From the NCBI GenBank assembly GCA_002269645.1, contig NIVC01000854.1:1-64000 (forward strand): a DNA stretch of 64,000 nt, given 5' to 3'. Shown piece by piece: positions 47,256 through 64,000 of the stretch; within the stretch, counting starts at the first letter, position 1, and each line of letters starts with the position of its first letter. This stretch comes from Macrostomum lignano (lineage: Eukaryota). The translations under genes and the position numbers were made by a program. The notes under the pieces are model-generated. The model saw only the letters and a program-made list of their open reading frames with translations. It made no database searches and was not told the origin of the DNA.

Positions 47256-50200
47256 TCACATGTAAACAGGCCTGGAAAATGTCACAAATTTAGTGCCAGA
47301 TGCGCGCTTAACACTACTTGCTTTAGTAGTTGCACTCAACGCAGTTGAGGCCTTCGGCCGGGATGCGACTTCGATGGCCGACAGACTCGAAGTTGCTGGC
47401 TGCTTCTTGGCTGCGCCTCTCTTTTTGACAGTTTTCTTCTTCTGCTGCTGCGGCTCAGCTTGCTTTTGCTTTTCTTTCTGCTGCCGCAGTTTCTGCAACT
47501 TCGGCTGTTCTGATTTCTGCTTTTTACAAGCCGCAGACGACGCCTGCTTCTTTGACGGACGCGGCAGAGGCACCAGGCTTTGAACTGCTCGGGCTTTCTT
47601 GAAAATCCTCGGCTTCATCAGAGAGGCTGAGACGCCCTGTTTGACTTTCGTTGCCGATGGCTCCCTGGAGGATGAGAATTGGGAAAATATGTCCGTGGGT
47701 TCGTTTCTACGCACGGAAATGACATTAATTTTTGAGGTTCCTAGTGGTTCTTACGATTTCTGCACAGCTTTTTTACCGGATTTTTTACACTTTTTCTCCT
47801 ACTGACAGCAATAGTTTTAGAAATTGTTAGCTTACCTTTCTTTGAAAGCCGTTATTTTAAATTGAGATTTTTTGGGCAAAAATAATTAAATAGATGTACT
47901 ACCAGTACCGGCTACTTGGTTGGGGTACCTGGTGCCTACTGCATGGGTATCCAGCGGGTTGGATATATTAGCTGCAGTAGGAGAGAGGGAGAGAGGGAGG
48001 GAGAGGGAGAGGAAGAGAAAGGGGGAGCAAGGGGCAGAGAGGGCGGGAGAGAGGGGGGGAAAGAGAGGGGGAGAGGGGGAGAGAGAGGGGAGAGAGAGGG
48101 GAGAGAGAGGGGGAGAGAGAGGGGAGAGAGAGCGGGAGAGAGAGGGGAGAGAGAGGGGAGAGAGAGGGGAGAGAGAGGGCGAGAGAGAGGGGGAGAGAGA
48201 GGGGAGAGAGAGGGGGAGAGAGAGAGGGGGAGAGAGAGGGGGAGAGAGAGGGAGGAGAGAGAGGGGAGAGAGAGGGGGAGAGAGGGGGAGAGAGAGGGGA
48301 GAGAGAGGGGGAGAGAGGGGGAGAGAGAGGGAGGAGAGGGGGAGAGAGAGGGGGAGAGGGGAGAGAGAGAGGGGAGAGAGAGGGGAGAGAGAGGGGGAGA
48401 GAGAGGGAGAGAGGAGTAACGGATCAACGCTTTTTGTCAAACTTCAGTTTTTTCATTTTCAACGGAATTGGCTGCAAAAAAGTTTCTTTTTTTCATTTCA
48501 ACGCTTTTACCACTAACGGAGATTATTTTTTGTAACGCTGGCCAACTCTGATAGCTCCTCAGCTCACCCCGAGTGTGCTGGACTATTGACTTTAGCCTGC
48601 TGCTCCTGGACTTCTTGGGGTGAAAACTTCGGCATTTTCTGCTTTTGCTTCCGACTCTTCCAGAAAACTGGGGGTGGAATGAGCACCCGTTCGGAGTCGC
48701 CATAGAGTTGGTTTCTTAGGCTGCTCAATTGAGACTGGAGAATCAGCTGATCCGATGCCGGCGCTTCATCCGATGCGGAGGCTGATGCTGCCGCTGAAAG
48801 GCTAAAGATGAACAGGGCTACTTAGATCAAGGAGTGCTAAGGATGGACATGCTGTGGACAGACCCCGGGGATAGGGCTAGTGATTCTCACGGTAATACTG
48901 AACTCACCCGTGAGTTTTGCCGGCACTGTCAACTGAGCCCAGCTGTCTGTCGATGCTCTCAGCAGGAAATTTCGGCATCATCAAAGCTGGTTTTCTGTCA
49001 GTCGAGGACCAACCATTGTCTCCGTAGATTTGCTTTCTCAATCTGCTCAACTGAGACTGGAACACCAGCTGGTCCCAGGCTACCGCTTCATCTACCTCGC
49101 CAGAATCCATCACTGTGGACGAGTCTGACGGAGTCGCCGACTGAGTTGTTGTCGTGTGGAGCTGCTCCACCTGTCTACGGGGACCTGCCGCGCCGGATGC
49201 TGGCACCGCGGCTGAGCTGAAGTCTGCGCAGCAAAAACCGTCCAGGGTTCCTGCCGCTTCGAGGTCCGGCAGCCAGGGCTCGATGCAATGAGTTGAAACT
49301 GTGTTGTATGAGTAGCCTTCACTGTCTTTGCTGGACTCGGCTGCTGATTGGCAAGATTTCGGGTTAATAGGCGCGGTGAGGCGCGGTGAGTAAAAGGAGA
49401 ACAGGCCAAAGGCTTACGAGAATAATTAAAGAGTAAAGAGGGGATTGAAAGGGGATTGGAAAACGTCAAAATATTTTTGATGACTTGTAAAAAGAAGCAG
49501 AACTTTTTAGTGAACTTTAAGCTTCCTGGAATTAAACTGGAATTCTAAGAAATACTGCGTTTCTAAGATAAGAAACAAAGTTTCTAAAAAAAACTGAGTT
49601 TCTGAGAAAAGAAACTTTGTTACTAAGAAGAAACGGGGTTTCTAAGAAGGAAACTGGGTTTCTAAGAAAAAAAAACTGGGTTTCCAAGAAAGGAAACTAG
49701 GTTTTTAAGAAAGAAACTGGGTTTCTAAGAAAGAAACTGGGTTTCTAAGAAAGAAACTAGGTTTCTAAGTAGAAACGGGGTTTCTAAGAAAATAAACTGG
49801 GTTTCCAAGAAAAGAAACTGGGTTTCCAAGAAAGAGTTGTTTCTAAGAAAGAAACTGGGTTTCTAAGAAGAAACGGGGTTTCTAAGAAAATAAACTGGGT
49901 TTCCAAGAAAAGAAACTGGGTTTCCAAGAAAGAGTTGTTTCTAAGAAAGAGTTGTTTCTAAGAAAGAAACTGGGTTTCTAAGAAGAAACGGGGTTTCTAA
50001 GAAGAAACGGGGTTTCTAAGAAGAAACGGGGTTTCTAGGAAAGAAACTGGGTTTCTAAGAAGGAAACTGGGTTTCTAAGAAAGAAACTGGGTTTCTAAGA
50101 AAGAAACTGGGTTTCTAAGAAAGAAACTGGGTTTCTAAATAGAAACTGGGTTTCTAAGAAAGTAACCTGGGTTTTTAAGAGAAGAAACTAGATTTCTAAG

Positions 50201-53200
50201 AAGGAAATTGGGTTACTGAGAAATAAACTGGTGCCACGACTCTCATGCCACGACCCCTGGTTCGTTTCGTGCGCGGCCCTACATTCATTGGGGGCTTGGC
50301 TTGGCTTGGCTTGATGCCTGATGATTACAAGCCATAATCCTCCTGCAGTTTTTATTATCAGTATTAATATCGTGATACTTAACCACTGCGAGTAAATAAC
50401 TGTTGCTGCTGCTGCTCTTGCTGCTTCTGTTGCTGAAGCAAACGCAGAGACGGCTCTGGCATCAGGCACGACTTTTTGATCTGCTCACACGGCTGACTCG
50501 CCTTCAGCCCAGCTGCGTCTCCAGCTGCGGTCACAGCCACCGAAGGAAGAGTCTTCGTCACCTTCGAAGAATCCTTGGTGTCGCCGGACACCAGAGGCGC
50601 GTTGTCCGTGTTGTTGACGTTGTTTCCGCTCCTGTCTGTTTGCCGCCTTCTAGAAGCTTGCCGACTCTGCTGGACAATGCTGACAGACTCTGTGGATGCT
50701 GACTGGGTGCATTCTTCATCATCTGTGCTGCACCGACGGCCGAGATGTCGGCTGGTGCCGAAGCTTCGTGTTGGACTAAGCGACTGGAAAAGAATTGCAA
50801 GTCCATATTGAGATTGAGACTGAGATTGAGATTGAGATTGAGATTGAGACTGAGATTGAGACTGAGATTGGGATTGAGATTGAGACTGAGATTGAGATTG
50901 AGATTGAGATTGAGATTGAGATTGAGACTGAGATTGAGATTGAGATTGAGATTTAGATTGGGACTGAGATTGAGATTGAGATTGAGATTGAGATTGAGAT
51001 TGAGACTGAGATTGAGATTGAGATTGAGACTGAGATTTAGATTGAGATTGAGATTTAGATTGAGACTGAGATTGAGATTGAGATTGAGATTGAGATTGAG
51101 ATTGAGACTGAGATTGAGATTGAGATTGAGACTGAGATTGAGATTGAGATTGAGATTGAGATTGAGACTGAGATTGAGATTGAGATTGAGATTTGAGATT
51201 GAGATTGAGATTGAGATTGAGATTGAGATTGAGATTGAGATTGAGATTGAGATTGAGATTGAGATTGAGATTGAGATTGAGATTGAGATTGAGACTGAGA
51301 TTGAGATTGAGATTGAGATTGAGATTGAGACTGAGATTGAGACTGAGATTAAGATTAAGATAGAAGGTCACAAGGCCGCAGAGCTAACCTCTGAACCATC
51401 AGGAACATCCCCGGAAGTGTCCGTGGACTCGGTGCTGGAATCATTGAGACTTTGCTCTTCGCTCTCTGAGGCGGTGTCCAGTGCTTGCAGCGGTTCAGAA
51501 AACGATATTCGACTTCCCGTGTTGGTCGCCCTGCGCCGCTGCAGCGGGCTGCTCAAGGAGGCTGGATGGCTGGCCACAGTTACTTTGATGAGGCAGGACC
51601 GACCGCTGGGTCTGGGAGCAGCTTTGCTGCTTTTGCTCTGCCTCTGCGTGGGTGCCGCGGGGGTCGGGGTTAGGATACAGATGATGGGATCCATGTTGTA
51701 TATAGATTTTGTCACCTGTTAGATAGATTGTTTTTCTGTTAAACTTTTCACGTATTAGACAGGATGCTATCTGTTACACAATGATGTCACCTATTACACA
51801 GAGGAGTCACCTGTTACACAGTGATAACACCTATTACACAGAGGTGTCACCTGTTACACAGAGGTGTTACCTGTTACACAGAGGTGTTACCTGTTACACA
51901 GAGGTGTCAAATGTTACACAGGGGTGTCACCTGTTACACAGAGGTGTCACCTGTTACACAGAAGTGTCACATGTTATACAGAGGTGTTGCCTGTTACAGA
52001 GAGGTGTCACATGTTACACAGAGGTGTCACCTGTTACACAGAGGTGTCACCTGTTACACAGAAGTGTCACATGTTATACAGAGGTGTTGCCTGTTACAGA
52101 GAGGTGTCACATGTTACACAGAGGTGTCACCTGTTACACAGAGGTGTCACCTGTTACACAGAAGTGTCACATGTTATACAGAGGTGTTGCCTGTTACAGA
52201 GAGGTGTCACATGTTACACAGAGGTGTCACCTGTTACACAGAGGTGTCACCTGTTACACAAAGGTGTCACCTGTTACACAGAGGTGTCACCTGTTACACA
52301 GAGGTGTCACCTGTTACACAGAGGTGTCACATGTTACACAAAGGTGTCACCTGTCACACAAAGGTGTCACCTGTTACACAGAGGTGTCATCTGTTACACA
52401 GGGGTGTCACCTGTTACACAGAGGCGTCACCTGTTACACAGAGGTGTCACCTGTTACACAGAGGTGTCACCTGTTACACACAGGTGTCACCTGTTACACA
52501 GAGGTGTCACCTGTTACACAGAGGTGTCACCTGTTACACACAGGTGTCACCTGTTACACACAGGTGTCACCTGTTACACACAGGTGTCACCTGTTACACA
52601 CAGGTGTTAGATACCCACAGAGTCGCTTTCCTTTACCCGCAGCTTCACGCGAGGCGGTGTCGCAGTCTCCGTGTCTGAAGCTCCATCGCCGATCGCATCT
52701 GAATCTGCAGCCTCCGCCGTGGCCGTCAGTTGGTCGGAGAGATTTTTTACAATTTTCATTGTCAAGTCAATCAAGCAGGTTTTCTTGATGTCGCTGTGAC
52801 TTTCCGTGAGGCTGTCGATTTTGCTGTAACCTCCCTGACTCAGCCAACTCGAGAAGTCGTCGCTTGCGTCCTGCAATTGATGCGGCTGATTTGGGAATTA
52901 AAGAGCCTGGATAATTATTCATGGTTACACAGCAGGGAATCGCTCCATCATTAGTTAAACGGAATTACTCAGCTGTTTAATGCGAAATTGCTCAGTTTTT
53001 TATGGGGAATTGCTCAGTTTTTTATGGGGAATTACTCAGCTGTTTAATGGGCAATTGCTCAGCTGTTTAATGGGGAATTGCTCAGTTGTTTAATGGGGAA
53101 TTGCTATGTTGTTTATTGGGGAATTACTCAGCTGTTTGATGATGAATTGCTCGGTTGTTTAATAGGGAATTACTCAGCTGTTTAATGGGGAATTGCTCAG

Positions 53201-53540
53201 CTGTTTAATGGGGAATTGCTCAGCTGTTTAATGGGGAATTGCTCAGTTGTTTAATGGGGAATTGCTCAGCTGTTTAATGGGGAATTGCTCAGTTGTTTAA
53301 TGGGGAATTGCTCAGCTGCTTAATGGGGAATTGCTCAGTTGTTTAATGGGGAATTGCTCAGTTGTTTAAGGGTGAATTGCTCAGCTGTTTAACCAATGGA
53401 AAAAATTGAAAAGTCAGTGAATTTTTGCCAAGCCAACAGACAGACAGATTAAATACCTTGACAGATGACACGCCTGTAGAATTGCAGTGGCAACTATCAT
53501 TCCGTTTAAACAAGCCGGCCTCTCTGCGGCTTAACTCCAT
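47256..53540 (-). CDS. Uncharacterised low-complexity protein, 7 exons, 732 aa, with an internal duplicated motif and a Lys-rich C-terminus
   Basis: Exons 53540-53457, 52885-52619, 51715-51389, 50783-50384, 49343-48908, 48801-48568, 47706-47256; GT-AG with phases 0,0,0,1,2,2; 2199 nt open; AATAAA at ~47162-47167 after the stop; no family motif recognised. Confidence 0.72.
47978..48415. repeat. G/A polypurine tract (intronic)
   Basis: GGGGAGAGAGA-type units. Confidence 0.95.
49560..50185. repeat. ~20 bp degenerate minisatellite (intronic)
   Basis: Unit AAGAAAGAAACTGGGTTTCT. Confidence 0.93.
50810..51360. repeat. (GAGATT)n hexamer repeat (intronic)
   Basis: Direct reading; source of the poly-RL/EI/SQ/NL ORFs. 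Confidence 0.98.
51770..52605. repeat. 20 bp quasi-palindromic minisatellite (intronic)
   Basis: Unit CACCTGTTACACAGAGGTGT. Confidence 0.97.
52960..53395. repeat. ~23 bp minisatellite (intronic)
   Basis: Unit GGGGAATTGCTCAG(C)TGTTTAAT. Confidence 0.93.
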
Positions 53541-53793
53541 GCCTTTCAGAGCAAATCCTCGCCCTATAATATTTCGGTTGCTTCTGCAGAAAAGGCAGAC
53601 TTTAATCGTCTATTGAATTTTGAATTTTTGTTGTCTATGGAAAATAGGGAAATTATTGAAATCTATAAACTCTAAATAAGTACCATGGTATAAAGTCTAG
53701 CTTTATGCTTGAAGTTTGACGATATCCTGGTTAGGAACTAATTTCGTTTTGTCTTCCATTCCGAACACTGTGTCCTTCAGAACTGGGCAGAAA

Positions 53794-54738
53794 ATGTCCT
53801 GGCACATTACAGTGCAGAATCTTGAAGCCGCCAAGAGGCAGCAGGACGCATTGGAAGGCTCGCAGGTAGGTGACAGACACCCAAGTGGACACCCCTTGTC
53901 TCAAGAATTGGACAACCCCTTGTCTCAAGCAGTGGACACCCTTTGTCTCAAGAAATGGACACTTCTTGTCTCAGAAGTGGACACCCCTTGTCTCAAGAAG
54001 TGGACACCCCTGTCTCAAGAAGTGGACAACCTGTCTCAAGAAGTGGTGGAAATCTCTGTCTAAAAAGGTGAACACGCCTGTCTAAAAAGGTTGGACACCT
54101 CTGTCTAAAAAAGTGGACACCCTGTTTCGAGCAGTGGACACCCCTGTCTCAAGAAGTGGTGGACATCCCTGTCTAAAAAGGTGGGCACCCCTGTCTCAAG
54201 AAGTGGACACCCCTGTCTCAAGAAGTGAACACCCCGTGTCTCAAGAAGTGGACACCCCTAATCTAAAGCCTCAGTACACTGTATCCTGGATTCTTAGGAA
54301 TCTTGGAAGCAAGTCAACCGAGAATCCAAGGGCAATCATGTTAAACCATGTTAAACCCTACGGCTCTACCAACTGCTCAACCAGGTGGAGTTCGGCGAGC
54401 GCCTGTCAAGATTTGCCGAATTCTGTCGCGAAGACGTCGCCGCCTGGTGCGCCTGCAGCGGCGAGTCCAACATGATGAAATGGGGCCGCAGGTTCTACCT
54501 GTTCAGCTTCTGCCTCATCGTTGGCACCGGGCTGACCTACCCTGGAGTGGTGCTTCTGCTGAGAAAAACTGACGAATCAGCTGACGAAGGTCGCTTCGCG
54601 ATGCACCTGTCCAGTGGCCTGCTCAGCATCGGCATCTTCTTGTTGTTTTTGTCCTGCTTCTCAATGTTCTGCTGCACCTGCCATCTCAACCCGGTGCAGG
54701 TGTCCAAGAGGAGGCGGTTTCAGGGCAGCTACCTATGA
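53794..54738 (+). CDS. Small membrane protein with 2 predicted TM helices, 2 exons, 141 aa
   Basis: Exons 53794-53865 (CAG|GTAGGT) and 54385-54738 (CCAG|GTG), phase 0; hydrophobic segments FYLFSFCLIVGTGLTYPGVVLLL and LSSGLLSIGIFLLFLSCFSMFCC. Confidence 0.7.
53875..54260. repeat. ~22 bp degenerate repeat (intron of the 2-TM gene)
   Basis: Unit AGTGGACACCCCTGTCTCAAGA. Confidence 0.9.
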
Positions 54739-54889
54739 TGCTTTCAACTTTTACTGCTGTTGATGTCCAATGGTCCGAGCTGTTCTATTGCTTGTAGCTA
54801 AATTATTAAAAACATTTCTTACAACCTAGAGACGTTTCAATAAAACCATAGATGAGTCTAACCTAACAGGAGTAAGCTATATATCTTGT

Positions 54890-55640
54890 CTAACGTGTCT
54901 TTGACTGTGTCTAACAGGTCATTAGACTGTGTCTAATTGGTCATTTGACTGTGTCTAATTGGTCATTTGACTGTGTCTAACTGGTCATTAGACTGTGTCT
55001 AATTGGTCATTAGACTGTGTCTAATTGGTCATTTGACTGTGTCTAACTGGTCATTAGACTGTGTCTAACTGGTCATTAGACTGTGTCTAATTGGTCATTT
55101 GACTGTGTCTAACTGGTCATTAGACTGTGTCTAACGTGTCTTTGACTGTGTCTAACAGGTCATTAGACTGTGTCTAATTGGTCATTTGACTGTGTCTAAC
55201 AGGTCATTTGACTGTGTCTAACGTGTCTTTGACTGTGTCTAACAGGTCATTAGACTGTGTCTAACAGGTCATTAGACTGTGTCTAATTGGTCATTAGACT
55301 GTGTCTAATTGGTCTTTTTACTGTGTCTAACTGGTCATTAGACTGTGTCTAACTGGTCATTAGCCGGTGTCTAACTGGTCATTAGACTGTCTAATTGGTC
55401 ATTAGACTGTGTCTAAAAGGTCCTAGACTGTATCTAACAGGTCTTCGACTGTGTCTAACAGGTCTTAGACTGTGTCTAACGGGTCCTAAACCGTGTCTAA
55501 CAGGTCCAAGACTGTCTCTAACAGGTCATTAGACTATGCCAACGGTCCTAGACTGTGTCTAAAAGGTTATACCCTGTGTCTGGTCATACAGTGTCTAACA
55601 GGTCATCGACTTAGTCTAACAGGACAAAATGTATCTAACA
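54890..55640. repeat. 22 bp minisatellite between convergent genes
   Basis: Unit GACTGTGTCTAA(C/T)TGGTCATT(A/T). Confidence 0.95.
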
Positions 55641-55874
55641 GGTCATAAATGTAGTCGTCTATCAGCTTCTAGCACGTTTGAGCCGGCTATACCTTTAAAA
55701 ATTGTATTTGAAGATATTTAACGAATTGAATCAAATTTAACGAGAAACAAAAATTCCAACTTTATACAGTTTTATGCAGTTATATTACGCTTGGAATGTC
55801 GAATTGAAAAATCATGACTACTCATATCCTAACCAGCTACTGAAAGTAGTTTTCAGTGTTTTACCTGTCTAATT

Positions 55875-62470
<6,596 letters not shown>

Positions 62471-62750
62471 GGAGTGCACTGTTCGACCTCAAGCAGCAGC
62501 TAGCAGGGGGGTCTTTCATCGATATAAATTGCATGAATATAGAGTTAAGGCACTAGTGAATATATTTGTAAATTATGAGTAGTGAAATCAGTTTTTTCCT
62601 TGAAATTCTCGGCTCCATTCCAAACGACTCAGGTTAAGGACGATAGAAGAGATCGCCTAGAGATCGAAGACGTGTGCCTATACATGTAGGTAAGTACTCA
62701 ATAGATAAGTCTATTTGACAACGAGTATGATCTCAGGTGCTAAAATAATC

Positions 62751-64000
62751 TTACAGCTGTTTGTAATTCCGATTATTCTCCGGTGTCTCCAGGGCAGTAG
62801 CCAGAAACTCTCGGTCAATCAGTGGGTCGTCGAGATCTAAGACGTCGGATTCACAAATGCCGTTGGATAGTAACAGTCGCAGGACTTCTGGATGCCGGTT
62901 TCGGGCTGCATTCTCCACTGGTGAGCTGGCCAAGCGTCTGTCTCGACTGCCGGCTGCAGCACCAAAGTTGAGCAACAGTTTTACAGCGTCAGCGTGTCCG
63001 TTGTGAGCTGCCACCCACAGCGGTGTCTCGCCGAAGTTGCTCGACAAGTTCACATCGGCTCCTTTGAAGTCAAATGTGTGATGCTTTTGCTTCTAATATT
63101 CAAGTCGCTGGAGGGGTTTGGGAACTGCCGTGAGCCCAAGGCGACAGTTGACTTGCAGCCAGACAGGAGGCAAGCAGTCATGCTGCCTCTTCTATTAGCC
63201 TCTGAGCACGTACATGCTCCTACATGATATACAGTACAGTAGTACTGACCTTGTAGTCAGATATGTACACACTGTGTCCTGCTTTGAGTGGTAAGTTCAG
63301 ATGCGGATGTAAATGCGAATGTGGAGCAAGTGGCGATTTTAGATACGGATGTGAAACCCGTGGTCAGATGCAGATGTGAAACCCCGTGGGAATTTCAGAT
63401 GCAGATGTGAAACCCCATGGGGATTTCAGATGCGGATGTGAAACCCGTGGGGATTTCAGAAAGAGACGTGAAACCCTATCGGGATTTCAGATGAGGATGT
63501 GAATGTGGATGTGGAGCAAGTAGTAATTTCCAATGTGGATGTAAATGCGGATGTTAAACCATTGGTGATTTCTGATGCAGATGTGGAACCATTGGTGAAT
63601 TTAGATATGGATATGTGGAGCAAGGGTTGATTTCAGATCCCAACGAAAGATATGGATGTGTATTTAAAAAGGAAAAGCTGGGACAGTAAAAGTACATATT
63701 TAATCGCCTATGTCACCTGCAACGAGCAGTTGCGCAGAAATTTTCGCGTGCCCCAAACGGCTAGCAGCCCACAGAGCCGACTGTCCCTCGGAGTTGGTCG
63801 TGTCAACTTCTGCGCCGGCGGTCAGCAACTTTTGGACAACTCTTGGACAATCCGACTGGCTAGCGATCCACAGCGCGGATTCTCCGCCGCTGCGCCGGCA
63901 GTCGACATTGTCGGCCTGGAGCAGCGAGTCGACAATGTCAGCGTTGCAGTTGCAGGCCGCGATCCACAGTGGGCAAATTCCTACCTGGTTGAGCAGGTCT
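62751..64000 (-). CDS. Ankyrin-repeat protein, partial (5' end outside the window)
   Basis: Exons 64000-63717 and 63061-62751, phase 1 (LLVA|GADVN). Repeats: GICPLWIAACN..IVDSLL, GESALWIASQS..VVQKLLTAGAEVD, GQSALWAASRLGHAKI, GETPLWVAAHNGHADAVKLLL, SSPVENAARNRHPEVLRLLL. Confidence 0.9.
63300..63660. repeat. Degenerate ~30 bp repeat (ANK intron)
   Basis: GATTTCAGATGC(G/A)GATGTGAAACC recurs. Confidence 0.8.

Noticed and set aside
50745-52788. Poly-RL/EI and VTCYTEV repeat ORFs that resemble repeat proteins
   Set aside because: They lie in introns of the minus-strand 7-exon gene and derive from 6 bp and 20 bp repeats

Overview
This window is eukaryotic (metazoan) genomic DNA. GC-rich exons alternate with AT-rich or minisatellite-filled introns. 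The style and gene content resemble a free-living flatworm such as Macrostomum (inference, not verified). I built gene models by hand and checked splice phase across junctions. (1) A 7-exon + strand mixed-lineage MAP3K (SH3-kinase-leucine zipper-CRIB, 1131-22789), whose introns hold a ~9.3 kb minisatellite, a dead Chapaev3 DNA transposon and a nested antisense gene for a small secreted peptide. (2) The 3' half of an NPY/NPF-type GPCR. (3) A small 2-exon orphan gene. (4) A mariner relic. (5) A 2-exon orphan class A GPCR. (6) A complete 12-exon transglutaminase with an intact catalytic triad and one GC-AG intron. (7) A 7-exon ~732 aa orphan with a duplicated exon motif, head-to-head with a 2-TM protein. 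(8) A cGAS-like/Mab-21 nucleotidyltransferase (cGLR) with intact catalytic motifs, directly downstream of an ankyrin-repeat gene to which it may be fused. Most long ORFs in the supplied track are translations of tandem repeats, not genes. The strongest candidate for a new system is the ANK-cGLR locus at 55.9-64 kb.
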